Below the pieces are notes generated by a model. That model was not told where the DNA came from. It did not search any database and saw only the letters and a list, made by a program, of their open reading frames with translations. 64,000 nucleotides of DNA from Lama glama (Eukaryota), in contig CM052817.1 in the NCBI GenBank assembly GCA_028534125.1, positions 3,474,001 through 3,538,000 on the forward strand. The letters are read 5' to 3'. Each line of letters starts with the position of its first letter. Position 1 is the first letter of the stretch. The translations under genes were made by a program, and so were the position numbers. Below are positions 12,110 through 25,329 of the stretch, one piece after another.

Positions 12110-12185
12110 CTGCTGCTGGGTGAGCCTGGCAGTGAGATTACTTCACCTCTCTCCGCCTCAGTTTCCTCATCTGTATCCTGGGGGC
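12110..12185 (+). mobile_element. MIR SINE fragment
   Basis: ttacttcacctctctccgcctcagtttcctcatctgta. Confidence 0.85.
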
Positions 12186-13989
12186 CAAAACACCTCCAAT
12201 CTGGGGGCCTAAAGCCCTGATGTGACCAGCACCCCCCACAGACCAGCACCACTGCCCTTAACCTCCAGCTCTCTCCACAAAATTAACTAGTGGAGGAGCT
12301 AAATAGAGATTCTGAGATCCCGGCCGCGTGGATGCTCCCTGTGATTTACAGCCACATCCTCATTAGGTCAAAACAGCATATGGCACCAAACAGTCCAATG
12401 ATAAAAACTGAGCTAATTTACACCTTGTGCCCAAGTTTTTTGCATTCAGAATGAACAGGGTATAGGACCTTATGCATTCAAACCTTGATATTTGTCCCCA
12501 GATGTTGTTGCATGATCTACCTTTTAAAGAGGCACGGGGGGACACTCTGTTTCAGAAACATACCCAGGGTTCTGGCAAAGCTCTAAGCCCTCCAGAAAGG
12601 GCTTGAATCATCATTGTAGGTTGACGTTTAATCATTCACTGGGAGGCAGAGCCCCCAGGCCAGACACAGCTGCGGCAGCAACCCACAGCGATGACACCTC
12701 CCTGTCAGTGACATCTGCCTCCATCTCTGGGCCATCAGGCTGGGCCTGGGCGCGGTGCCAGGAGGGCGGCCCAGGGGCTGAGTGACATGGGAAGGACCAA
12801 GCAGTGAAAACAGATGCCGTGATGAAAGCGCGTGCAGAGCAAGGGTGGGGCCAGATCGGGTTCCTTTCCTGACAGGCCCCCCCGGGCAAAGCAGCCACCC
12901 CAGGCCCCAGCAGACAAGGCGCTGTTGGCAGTGGAATGTGTTTGTGAGGCCTGGAGTAGCCGCAGCCTCTGAGTCACAACGAGTCCTTGAAGATAAGGAT
13001 CCTTTGCATTGATTTTTGTCCAGAAAAGGAATAAGAAAGGACCCAATCCCCTGCCCCCAACAGCCGACAGCTCTGAACCTCGGAGGCCACTGCCACAATT
13101 CTCGCCAGAAGGGAGGGGACAAGAGGTGAGAAGAGCAAGGAACCGACACAATCGTTCCCCATGGAATAACCCACCAGGGAACTGCCAGGCTGCATCCCCA
13201 CAGTCTGGCCGTGCAACCCACGCAAATGGCTTGATGGAGCCTCAGAAATTCTCCAGGTTTGCAAGAATCAGTTGGCATAAAGTGAGCATGCCCAACATGG
13301 GTCTGTGGGAAAGGGAGGATGGAAAGTTCTAGAATCAGAGCAAGACACCAGACCCACAGACAGCCCGGAGGCCAGAGGGACTTCAGAGAAAGCCCATGTG
13401 CTCCAGGGCTGTGGGAAGGAGGACAGGGGCAGGAGAGAGGGACACAGGCCTCCAGCGAGCAGCCGTTGATTCAGACCTTCAGGAGTTAAATGATGCCCAA
13501 AACCCAAACAGGGGGCTACAAAGGAATCAGAGGTTTGCAAACGTGTCAGCACGCGGCTGACAAGCAGAGACAGGCGCAGTGGTGCACCCGCAAGATAATG
13601 ATTTCTCGCCGAAACAGCAGTCCCATCTCAAGAGCAGGGCGCGGGCTGTCACCAGAGTGACCCCCACACACCAACTCCATCAGCGAGACTGACAAGTAAA
13701 AATAGTTTTGTGCAGCGTGCAGAACGCGGAGGGCCTCCGACTGTCCTCTGCTGGGTGGTACCACGTGCCCTCCTTCCCGGGGCTGTGTCTCCGGAACTCG
13801 GAGACACCGTGGAAGGGGTGCATTTCCGTGAGGGATGTGGCAGGGCTGTCCTGTTTTCAGGAGACTAATTACGCTCTCGCACCGGGCTCTCTGGGAGATG
13901 GGAGGAAAGGCTGCAATTATTTAGTCACAGGTTAATCCATTTGTGTAGCTCTCGGCGGAGGCCTGCTGCATGTCTGCCGGTGACACTTT

Positions 13990-14135
13990 GTGAGCACTTC
14001 CTGGGCCGAGTGCCGTACCCGGGTTACATCCTTCACGTCTCATGGCAGCGGTACGCAGTCAGTACTGGTCATCTCAGCACTTTACAGAAGGGGAGGTTAA
14101 GTGACTTAATCAAGTTGGACCGGATCCCAGCACAC
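13990..14135 (-). mobile_element. MIR SINE (degenerate)
   Basis: tgagcacttcctgggcc...cactttacagaaggggaggttaagtgactt. Confidence 0.6.
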
Positions 14136-16599
14136 GTCCTCCTAACACACTCCAGTATGCTTCCACCTTTCAAATTGCCATGTTGAATCAGATCCAAGTG
14201 TCACACCAAGCACTGGCCCTCCCAGAATTACAAGCAGTGTTTCCTCCCATTTTGGACAAAAGAGACACAGTGAGTGAAAGAGGAAGGTGTCGTCCTGCCT
14301 TAAGAAGTAAAAGAGAGGGACCCCTAAATGCCCATCCCGCTGCAGCTTAAGTAAGAATAAAGATGCTTTTCATATAAAGTGTGGAAATGTCAACCCCAGT
14401 TCCAAAACCCAAGAATTTTCCAAAGGGTAGCTTTGGTCCAGCACCTTTATCTTCACCTCCTGAGAACGCAGCTGTGTTTAAAGATGTTTCAGCACCCGAG
14501 ACCCTAAAGGGGCCCAGAAATAAGAGGGTGGCCTTGGGCACTGAGTGTCTGTTGTTTCGTGGGTGGCGAGATGAAACTGCAGTGGGGGTGCGGCCGGACA
14601 TGCCGTCTGCTCTCTGCCCAATTTCTGACTTCTTTGTCCTTGGGGAAGATGTGCGACACCACCCAAAGAGGAGGAGAGCGGGCTGAATTCCAGATAACTT
14701 CCGAGGACCACAAGTGCTCCGAAGTCCGCAGCCGACAGACACCCGTTTGACCTGAGTCCAGCCAGTTTTCAGAAGCAAAAGTTTGAGGTTTGAAGGTCAA
14801 GGGCACCTGGGAGTGCAGGTCTAACGACAGTGGTCTCCTGAGCAACGATCACACATTTGAGCTGAAAGTTGCAAAAAGGCAACACAGCAGACTAACCGGG
14901 GGTGTGGGGGAGGGATCCAGAAGCAGACTTTCCTAAACCAAATTTTATTTTGAGTTTGTCCTTCTAGCTATAAATACAAACGTCACTCACAACAGGTTTC
15001 TGAGTACGTAAAATGCTCCCCTCATCCATTTCTCCTAATGCAGCAGACCCGTATCCACGCACACGGCTCCCTCAGAGTCTGTCCCACACTCCTCCTGGTG
15101 CGTCTCCCTGCGGTGAGGGCTGGACAGCCAGCACCTGCGTCTCCTGCGCTGCACGGAGTGGAAGGCCTTCATTGCCCCTTGACAATGTAGAGGAAGGTGA
15201 CTTTAAACTCGCTCTCTTGCTTTCTGGCAGAGCCACCCCAGAGAACTGGGTTTGGGAATTAAGCCACCAAGCTGCATTTTGAGCCATTAGAGATATGACT
15301 GAAACTGAATGAAACTGGCTATTGCATTTTCCACAAGGATACGGGATCACCCCAGTGGCCACCGGTTTCACCAGTTCAGGAAAGCGCTCCTGAGCAATGG
15401 GTTCACTTGCATCTGCTCAGCTTTCCCTCTTTACTCTAGATGCTGGGAAGCTCAGAGTCAGATCTGTGACCCATCTTTAGCAATACAGCAAGTATTCTAT
15501 GTGTTGAGCCTGTCCCTAGGTCCAGCTTTTTTCCCCCTTTTTCCCTTGCTTATTTTATTTTTATGTTGCTTTCACCTCTTCTTGGAAAAAAAAAGAGGGT
15601 GCATTAGCAAACAAAAACATTTAAAATACATTTCCAGAACTCCCTTGCAGCTGGGGTCACAGCTGGAACGTCACTTCTAGGAAACACTTCAGCAAAACTT
15701 AAGTGAGGGGCTGAGTTAGGAGGGCACGGAGGTGGATGGTGGCCCGCAAGGGTGGCTTCCTGACTATGGACCAGCAGCTGGCTTTCTAGAAGCTTAATCT
15801 TGGAGATCCAAGCTTTGGCTTGCTCTGCAAGCCTTTCCAAGGATTTTGAAAGCAGGTAATCCTCATGTTATATCTCCTTTCACATAGCCAGATAGAAAGG
15901 GCTCCTTTCCCTGTAACTGCATCCCGACTGATCCATTTTGTGCAAAAAGAGGGAGCCTTTGGTGGCGGCAAAGGCAGAGCACAATGCCAGGCTGCTTCTC
16001 TGGGCTCTAACGTGCCATCCCTGAAGGGGAGAGCTGCCCCAGGGATGTGAAAGCCAGCCCACATGGCAGAGACACTCAATAACCCTGTTGAAGGAGGAGA
16101 GGGAAGGAGGTCCCTGGATTTGTGAGACAAATGTGCTCTGGACCCTGTAGCATCACAGACCTGGCACCTTGCCCTGTTTCAAACATTATCCCCCAGACAG
16201 ACTAGACCCGTGAAAAGGGAGGGCTAAGTGGTCCCTGGGTGGCTGGGCCTCTCGGAAACCGACTTCCTCGTGGACAGCTCGCTTAGGGCATCACAAATGG
16301 TCCTGGCCTCTCTCCCTCTCTCTCTTTAAAAATAGATGCAAAGCCAGCGTGATGCCTGAGAAGTTCACGATTATGAAGACCTCATCATGGTCAGGGAATT
16401 AATTCCAACTAGATAAACGCCAGTACTCGCAAAGCACTTAGACGTCAGGTTGCTCAGGGGAGGAAGGGCTGCAGACGGGTGGACCGCTCACTGTCTGCGG
16501 GCTGCGGCTCCCGCCGCACCCAGGGTGCAGAGGCGGCTGCGGAGGAAGGAAGGGGAGGTGTACCCAGGAGAGCCCGGCCCGGAGCCGCCTGGTGGGGAG

Positions 16600-16720
16600 C
16601 CTGGCTCTTCCACTCCTGCACAACCTTCAGAAGGTCTCTGAGCCTCACTAGCCTCCGCTTCCTCACCTGTCGCGCAGGCGTGACGGGGCCTCCTCCCAAG
16701 GGTGAGGGACGAATGAGCCA
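16600..16720 (+). mobile_element. MIR SINE (CpG-rich copy)
   Basis: cctggctcttccact...ctctgagcctcac...cttcctcacctgt...gggtgagggacgaatgag. Confidence 0.6.
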
Positions 16721-19700
16721 CCTCGAGGTGTGCACAGCGGCACCCAGTATCTAGGTGCTGCCTTCCACAGCCCGGCTCCAGAAACACTTCAGAGCAGCAC
16801 AATGCCAGTGGGTGGCCCATCGCTGGGTCCAGAGCCCAAGGCACAGGAGAGGACAGCTGGGCCCCAGAGGAACTGCGACACCAGGAGGGACTGGCGGGCG
16901 GGAAGACCAGCTCAGAGTATCCTAGGACGGGCCATCCAGCTGCAGGCCCGTCCAGGGAATGACACTCCCGAGCCTCCCCACAAGCCAGGGTGGGCTGCCA
17001 CCCCACCAGGATGCTGGTTCACACCACCCAGGAGGGTGCCTGACGGAATTCAGTGCCTCTGCCTGGATGCCGGCGATCAGAGAAGGAGGTAAGAACTCAC
17101 AGGCTAGAGTCTCTGAAGCTGCAGGGGCGAGAGCAGGCCGTGGGCAGGACGGTGCCAACCTGTCACCTTCAAGCTGAGCCACCCTTAGCAAGCCTCAGTC
17201 CCCTCCCTAGCCAAATGGGGCTATCCTGGAGACCACTGTGAGTGTGAGCATGACCTTGGATGGGAGGGCAGGCTTATGAAGTGCTGTGTGCATTCAGGGA
17301 AGTTTCAGGAGCAGCCCCCGAGCACAGGGCAGTCGGGCTGCCTGCAGCACGTCCTGCCCTGAACACTCCCTTCCTGGGGACCTCAAAGCCTTTGAAGCCT
17401 CAGTCTCCTCACCCCTGAAATGGGGAGGATGCTAGAACCCAAAGGCAGGTGAGTGTGCAGACAGGCCCGGCGGCATCTTAATGAGACACATTTTGCTCAC
17501 AGCACCTGTTCAGTCCGGCTGTAGATCAAAGAGCAATCTTCTACAAAGAAGGACATCCCAGAGCAAGCGCGACTCCAGGAGAGGATTCGTTACAGTGCCA
17601 GGAAGGCCACGAGGCATCGTGGGCTAGAGAAGGGGCTGGAGGGTCCGGCCCAGCCCTGCAGCCTGGGCCTCGCTCCGGTCTGTGTGGGAGCACTGGGGGC
17701 TCCCTGCTGGCTGCGGGTGGTGCGGATGGGTGGATGAGGGCTCTTCTGTTTCCATAAGCTCAGCTGAGTGGGAGAAGCAGAGCCTGGAGCCCAGGTGGCA
17801 ACTCATTCCTCTATTTAAACTAACGACCTCTCCTTCTGACTTTTCAGCAAACCCATGGTTCTGTGGGCAGATCATGAGACCTTGGTTTGCTCCAGGAATT
17901 CCAAAAAGCAAAGGGCACATCAGCTCCTCGAAGCTGCATCTTCTCCCTGGGCCTCTTGGTCACCTTTCTGGGGCTGTTTTTCTTGCCTTCCTCACGTCAA
18001 ACCTGTCTGTATTCAGTGGGCAGGGCTGCACCCACGTACGAACCTGCCGCCGTCTGGAGGCTGTGCAGCAGCTGCCCGCCCCGTCCCCTGGGTAACAGAA
18101 CACCTTCAGCCCAGGCCACAGAAACCCCTGGCTTTAAAGCATCTTCTCCCCAAAGAATACCTGTATGTTAGGAAATCTGCCCCGCCCTGTCCCCTCTTCG
18201 CCTCCGCTTCCCTCCCCAGTCCCCTTCCCCTGCCCCCATTCTCACAGCAGCCAAGTTTAAGCTGAGCTTTGAAAGCCAAAAACAGGCTTCCACCCACCCA
18301 CTCGCCAACCACCCTCCCCCACTCATCCTCCACTCAGCTGAGGAAGCCTCGGGGAGGCGCTTGCCGGCCTGGGGGGCAGAGGGAGCTTCCTGAAGGAGGT
18401 ATCCACTGAGCAGGGTCTGGAGAGGAGCCACTAACATGGCCAAAGCTGGCACCAGCCACGTGGTCATTCCAGTCTGGACAGTACAGTCCAGGGGTCATGG
18501 GATTCAGGGCTGGAAGACTCCAAGCAGGGAAGTGGTTTTAGAAGCTCCTGGGGTGCAGAGTAATTTCTGTGGGTGAGTCCCCTATGTGCCTGGGGCAGAA
18601 GCCCCTCCCCAGGTGCTGGGCAAAGGGGCTGGTGGGGAGGAGGTCGCTTTGAGCAACAGGAGGGAGTCAGAAGTGACTGGTCTGGGGAATGACCTGTGAC
18701 AAAGAGAACACAAAGTCCCTCTCAGTTGGAGGAGGACCCCTGCTCCGGGCTGCACCCCGAGGCCCCCTGCCCAGCGTATGGGGGACTGCCCTTCAAGTCA
18801 GGGCGGGGGGGGGTCACAGCAGTCTTTCCAATGACCTAGGACATCTCAGTGGCATTCTAGAAAATTCTCCACAGCACCCAGCAAAGTGGTGCCTGACTCT
18901 GGGAGCCACAGAGACTATGAGAGTGCCCAGTGGCTGGAAGGGAATCTGGAAGGTCAGTGCTCAGCTCAGCTCACACCGGGGTGGGGGGGTTCACGTCCAG
19001 TAATCTGGAGAAGCTCCTCAGTCCTGCGGGTGGAGCAGCGGGGTCCCTCCCCTCACCAGCGGTTTTCAACCTGGTCCCTCCCACTCTCCAAGCCCAGGGT
19101 TCTGGTGCTTGCGCGGATGCACTTGGCCTTGCGTCCTTGCCTTGGGGTCCCCAGTGCGAGTCGGAGGAACGGCTGAATGAGTGAATAAATGAGACAGGCA
19201 GACCCTGGGGAGAAGCCCAGCACGTGGCCTGCTAAATGTCACAGTGTTCCACACCGAAGTTCACGTGTCTGCATCCCTGGAGACCTCCCTCGGCCCCTCC
19301 CTCGGAGCCTGCTTACTCTTGGTTTGCTCACAGTGTTAGCAAATTGAGCAACGCAGGTTTTCAGACTGCAGGAGACCAGAAGCACAAAACAGCCAGGGGA
19401 AGGAACTCTAGAGGACACGACGCTGACAGCCTGACCACTTCATTTAAAGAAAAGGCATTCTGCGACCCTGAGCCACCAGGAAACCCAAGAATCCTACCTG
19501 CTGGACTCGCTTCCGGGGAACCCGCTGGGTCCCAGGCTACGTTGCCCACCTAATGCTCAAGACAGCCCACAGACGAGAGATGCCTACCCCCACTTCACAG
19601 ATGAGGAAACTGTGATTCATGTGGTGGAATAATCAGGACACACTTGGTAATCGATGAAGCTGCCCCACAACCCCCAGAAAATTACATAAGGCATTTTGGA

Positions 19701-20439
19701 AATACCGTCAACAAAAGTCACTAAAAGAGGGGAAAAAGTGTTGGCACTGCCAGGTCGCCCTTGTGGAGATGGTGTTCACTGGGCACGTCCCGCCCATCTC
19801 ATCCCAGCGCCCCACGCACCCCGAGAACCCGCTTTAGGGACCAGGAAGGGGCGAGCGTGATGTCGAATGGTGTGGCCGGGACTCAAACCCGAGGCTCTGC
19901 GTCCAGCGCAGACATCTTCATGGGGCCCACTCGCACTTCTGCTCACCCAGGAGAACACCAGTCTGTGTTGTACCAGAGCCGTGTGGAGCAGCCTCTGCAC
20001 ACAGAGCTTCAGGATAAACGAATGAATGAATGAACAAACCCTCCCTCCCCCATGACAGGTAAGTGAAGTGGAACCACATTCAATTCAAATCCAACGCCCC
20101 TGGAGTTCAGTACTTCACAGCCACTGCCTACGGGGAAAGGACGCCGAGTGAAGAAGCAGTTTTCAGGCCAACTGGGCAGTGACTGGACACCAGGAAGAGA
20201 GGAGAGAGCGGGTGAAAGTTCAGGAGGGAAGACTGCTGAGTTAATAAAACCCAGGCCACAGGGCAGCCAGGAAGACCCACTTTCGTTTGGAAACGCAGAG
20301 TGCAGGATATTAAACCGGTGTCCAAGGTGTTAGTGGGGGGTCTGTTCTGCCCGCAGGGGTCTGTCCGAGGCCAGGTCTGAGCAGCGGAGACCAGGGCACT
20401 CCCACTGGTCCCTCCGGTTTCCCCCACACCGGGCACCAA

Positions 20440-20600
20440 GCTCACTTGTGACCAAGCATCCAATCTTCCCAAACAGCCCGGGAAGGAGGCACTGCGCACT
20501 CTGTTCACACACGAGACACTGAGGTTCAGAGAGGCCGGAACAGTGCCCAGAGTCACACAGCTTTCAAATGATGGAGCCAAATTTTGCCCTCTGATGTCCT
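20440..20600 (-). mobile_element. MIR SINE
   Basis: gagacactgaggttcagagagg...tgcccagagtcacacagct. Confidence 0.7.
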
Positions 20601-22274
20601 GTTCCAAAGCTACGTTCTTAACCCTTTGATAAAGTGCCGTCTGCTCAGCGCCTGGCACACGCAGTAAACCCCACAGACCCAGGGGGAGCCAGATTTTCAA
20701 TCAGATTCCAGAGGGAACACTGTAGCAGCACAACTCTGCCACCGCACCCACCGTGCCCAATCTGGTGGCTTCGGAGATTCTAACAGCTCCCCTTCCCATG
20801 CTTTGGCCCCAACTCTGCACACACCCCTGGCTCTTCCCCACGGCACCCTGCAGCCCAGCATGCAGTGCGGGGTGAGAGATGCACCCTCGGGGGCTAACAC
20901 GTCCCTTTCCCACGAGCAACCATCTGCACGGTCACTGTTGAACTGAACCTCCCTGTTCCACAGATGGGGAAGAGGGGAGTCCAGGAGGCCAGCCGGGTCC
21001 CAGACTGCTCTAGTCACAGCTACAACAGTATTAGCAAATGTGACATCCACAAGCAACACTTGACACTTGTCACAGTTCGTGTGTCTGCACGTGTGCCTCT
21101 CAGTGGAGGTGTGAAGGCTAAGGACTAAGCACTCGGCATCTCCCTCGTGTCCCCCTCGGCCTCACCCCACACGCTGAGGCTGCTGACTGGACAGACCAGA
21201 GACCGACGCATGTTCCTCACCGTGTCCCCAAGTCCCCATGGGGACTGAGCCCCGGCATCCATGGCGAAGACCAGCCTGACAGCAAGTACTGCTGACATGT
21301 CCCCCGCTCATTCCCCATTCCCCTAAATAGATAGCGTGCACCCCAGTCCTCGGCTCAGGGCCCGCTGCTGGGGGAACTAAACCACGATGGGGGAAGGGAC
21401 AGGGCTATGGACACACAGTATGCAGCAGGACTCCACGTGGGTCGCTGGTGCAGGGGAGGATGGGGCAGAGAACCAGACGTGCGTCCAGGTGGTTCCACCA
21501 GGCAGAGAGCATCCTCTTCCTTCTCTCCAAACACCTTTCCAGCCCCTCCCAGACAGGCCGTGTCCCCTGATCCCAGGAATGCTGTCTGCTGGTCTTCAGT
21601 CTCACTATCGTGCCTTCGTATCTGCTCTGTGTCCCCTGAAAGACTCCTAAGGGTGTTGGGAGTTCAGAAGCTGCTAGCCAGATGCCATTTTAAACAAGCC
21701 CCACCCACCTCTGGAAGCTCAGGTTCTAAAAGGCTGTGAGGACAACAGTGAGCAAAAAGCTCATCCAGCATCCCTGCATGGAACCCGAGAGCCCCCGCTC
21801 CCCGCAGCACCCCCGACCCCGCTCGCGGCCACGTCCACGTGGGGCTCATCGGCTGGGAAGTCACAGCCCCCAGGGTGAGCAGAAAGGATTACAGAGCAAA
21901 GGGGGGTCTCGGAGAGCCAGGCTGTGGGGGAGGTCGGAGTGGAACGCTCTGGAAACTTTCACTTCGCTTGAAACAAACGTTCCTTCCCACCTCCTCAGGA
22001 GTTCGACTTACACCCCGGAGCACAGAATCTGAGTGGGATTATCTCAGACCGGCTGCTGCAGACAATATCACTCCTTCTTAAATCGCCCACCCCCTGGAAA
22101 TGCCCCAGCCCCCTCCTCCTGCGAGGTTTCACCCCGGGAAGCCCGTGCACACGTGCCCAGTGGTTTACAGCTGGTCCTAGCTTGTTTGGTTGGTTCTCCG
22201 GAAAGTCACTGTGACTGGCTGCATTTACCAACAGAGACTGGCAGGCCGTCCCGTATATCTGTACATTCCATTAT

Positions 22275-22360
22275 TACCGTATTCTATTGAGTCTAAGACC
22301 TGCGGGGTTTTCTGCACATTTTAACTCCTTTTGAAATTGGAATGTAGCTTATAATCAATG
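22275..22360 (+). mobile_element. MER104-like TcMar-Tc2 fragment
   Basis: taccgtattctattgagtctaagac...cacattttaac...tgaaattggaatgtagcttataatcaatg. Confidence 0.55.
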
Positions 22361-22699
22361 CCATTCCTTAGTGGTGAAAAAAATAATGATGCAACTCAGA
22401 GTGCATCTAAGAGAGTTTTCAGATCACCTGAGATACAGCACCTGAAATGCTTAAACACAGCAAGGCTAAGATTGCTGTTTCTTCTTCTTGCTGGCATCCC
22501 ACCTCGCCTCATTAAGACCAGCCCCCTGCCGGCCTTTCATACCACCCCGTGGTCCTGAGAATGGAGCCCTTTAAAATTGACTTACACCTGAGGTAGAAAT
22601 GGTTAATAATGGTGGCAAAGGGGACTCTGGTAAATCACAGAGACGCCTCCCACCCCCATCCACACGACCTCAGCATATGCTCACACACTTCCCATATGC

Positions 22700-22920
22700 T
22701 GACTCCACCCTCTGGGTAAGGTCAAGACTTCTTATCAAACACCCAGAGCCCATCACATCACCCTCCTGACTGGCCTCTGCATCCTCAGTCTCCCAACCAG
22801 GGCCCAACCCCCCCTTCCCTGAACACATGCTCTTTCCTGCCTCAGGCTCTTTGCACATTCTGTTCTCCCAGCTCTTCTCCAGCTAGAAGACTCCTTTTCT
22901 CCCTTCAAGACCTCAGGCTA
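22700..22920 (+). mobile_element. L2 fragment
   Basis: cctgaacacatgctctttcctgcctcaggctctttgcacattctgttc...cccttcaagacctcag. Confidence 0.7.
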
Positions 22921-23545
22921 TTCATCATCTGTTCAGCACCTACTACATGCCAAGCCCTGTCCCAGGCACTGAGGAAGCCACAGCAAACAAAACAGGCAGA
23001 GTCCTGCCCTCCTGGAGTTTGCATTCTAGAGGGGGAGCCCCAAGGAAAACACATGCTCTGGAGTGAAGCCAAAGGGAAGAAGTACAAGAAGGGCTGGGTG
23101 CTGACATTCCAGATGGGGTGGCCAGGGAGACCGCCCTGAGAAGGCGGCATTAGGGTACAGCTCCAGAGGAGGGAGGGAGGGGAGGCCTGCGGCCATCTTG
23201 GGGGGGGGAGGCAGTCCAGGCTGAAGAAACTACATATGCAAAGGCAGAGACCACTGAGACCAGGTCCTTTCTGGAAGATTCAAGTAATAACGAGCAGGCC
23301 AGTGTGGCTGGGAGGGAGCAGAGCAAGAGGCGAAGACTGGACCCCATAGGGCCTTGTGGTCCACTGGGATCAAGTGACTCTTTTTCTGAGAGAACTGGGG
23401 AGTTCAGGGAAAGCTCAGAGCAGAGCAGTGACATCCTTGGAGCACAGGCTAATGTCTTCACAGGGTCCCTTTGGCTGCTGAGTGCAGAGCAGACCAAACG
23501 GACCAGGGCAGGAGCAGGGAGACCAGCTGGGAGGCTGTCACAATG
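22921..23545 (-). mobile_element. L2a-like LINE, 3' ~600 bp
   Basis: ttcagcacctactacatgccaagccctgtcccaggcactgagg...aacaaaacaggcagagtcctgccctcctggagtttgcattctag...tgcaaaggc...ggccagtgtggctgg...gcagagcagtgacat. Confidence 0.9.
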
Positions 23546-23637
23546 CCACCTTCCTCCAACACAGAGCTTCCTGCAGAAGCCTCAGCATTTGGAGTTTGGC
23601 CTGTTGTTGTCATGGAAACACCCAGTTCCCTTAGCAA

Positions 23638-23693
23638 GAACTGGGCTTCACTCTTCTAAATGTCTGAACTGGGCTTCACTCTTCTAAATGTCT
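23638..23693. repeat. Perfect 28-bp tandem duplication
   Basis: gaactgggcttcactcttctaaatgtct x2 (23638-23665, 23666-23693). Confidence 0.97.
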
Positions 23694-24254
23694 GCCCGTG
23701 CACATGACAGTGTCAGGCCCAGGCATGAATGAATGAGTGAGCTGATGAATGAATGACTGGATGGGCTCTGGAGAGGAAAACCCTTTGGTGCCCTGTGCCC
23801 AGGAGGAAGGCGGGCTGAGCGGGGGGTGGTGTGTGGCCAGTGCAGAGGGTTTGGGTTTCCAACCATAAACTTCATTCCCCAGTGGAGTGTATGCTTCTAA
23901 CTCAGAAAAATAGTTTTTTTTCCCCTTGGCATCCTGAAATTTCTATCTACTTATTTTACATTTGGTAAAACACTTTACAAAAAGAAAATCAAATCTCTAT
24001 TTTGGCCTTCACCTCCTCGACAGTGGCTTTAAGGAAGGCTGTTGGCTCTCAGAAGGGTCGTTTTTTCATGGAAAGGCACATTTTAATTTTAGGTTAAGTG
24101 TTCCAAGCAAGAATTTTCTCAGCAACCATTAGTCCCCAGACGTGACTTTAAAAACATCCAACTTGGCAGAGATGTGGGGGTGGGGCCTGCAGGCGAACTC
24201 GGGCAGGACCACCAAGCTCTGGGTCAGAGGGACAGAAGGAGGGGTCGGGGTCCC

Positions 24255-24530
24255 ATGCTGGATGGCCGCATCGCGTGTGCAGACAGGACTGGTACGGGGC
24301 GCTGCCGGCGCTCCGCCTGCTGGAGTTCAGATCAACCCGCTGGGCGATCGCTGCCAGGGTGACCGCGCCAGGCGGGAGCCGAGATATTTCCGGAACATGG
24401 TGCGCCTGCGCGGTACGCCCACCCACGCGAGCGAGCGCACTCTGCCCCCGGCAGCCGGCTCTGCCACCACCGTTCATCCGCCACCGGCATCCGCAGGTGT
24501 CCCTGCACGAGATGACGGACTTTAAGGCCC
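24255..24530. other. Small orphan CpG-dense patch
   Basis: Dense CpGs; CCGGAA 24390-24395 next to TGCGCCTGCGCG 24401-24412. Confidence 0.6.
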
Positions 24531-24531
24531 C

Positions 24532-24975
24532 AGTACGGCTCTGTCCTGCAGCTGCTGGCCCCATCACCACCAACCAGGGGACTCAGGCAACAAAAACTGC
24601 TTTTCATCACAGTTCTGGAGACGAGCGGAAATCCAGGTGTCGTCAGTGCTGGCTCCGCGGGAGGCGCTGGGGAGGACCAGTTCCAGGCTTCTCCTCGTTC
24701 CGAGGGCCCCAGTGACCTTCCACGTTCCTCGACTTCCTGCCGCACCCCTCCTGCCTCCACCCTCATCTCTTTCCTGGAGTGTCTCTGTGTCTCAAACCTC
24801 TGTCTCCTTTCCCGGGTAAGGACACCACTCACTGGACATGAGCCTGGATGATGTCACTGCAAGACCTTTAATGTGATTCCTTCTGCAAAGACCCTGTTTC
24901 CAAACAAGCTCACATGCTGGTACCGGGGCTGGAACAGGGACTCATCTCTCTGGGGGACACCGTTCAACTCACTAC
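24532..24975 (-). mobile_element. MLT1C/B-like solo LTR
   Basis: tcacagttctggag...taaggacacca...tctgcaaagaccctgtttccaaacaagctcacat...tgggggacaccgttcaactcactac. Confidence 0.85.
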
Positions 24976-25329
24976 CCTCCTCATCAGGCCAGGGTGCCAT
25001 GGAGCCCAGTCAACACTGCTCCACCCCTACCCCGCATCGGCCCCGCACTGTCCCCCAGTCTCCCTTTGCCCCAGCTGCTCTGCTGTTTCAGGGAATGACA
25101 GTGCCACCCTCCCAGGACACTGCAGCACGCCGTGTCACCTGGCCCTTGCCCCAGCACCCGGATGTCAGCTCCAGCAGCCCTGGGGACTGTCACCCAGCCC
25201 AGGGCAGGGCCTGGCAGAGGCGGTGTTCCAGAGGTGGATGTTGAGTCAACGCCAGCGGAAGTCCTGGATTCTGTTCCCCTCCACCTCAGCCTCCCCTCTG
25301 CCAAGGTCCTGACCCCTCTGCTTCCAGAA

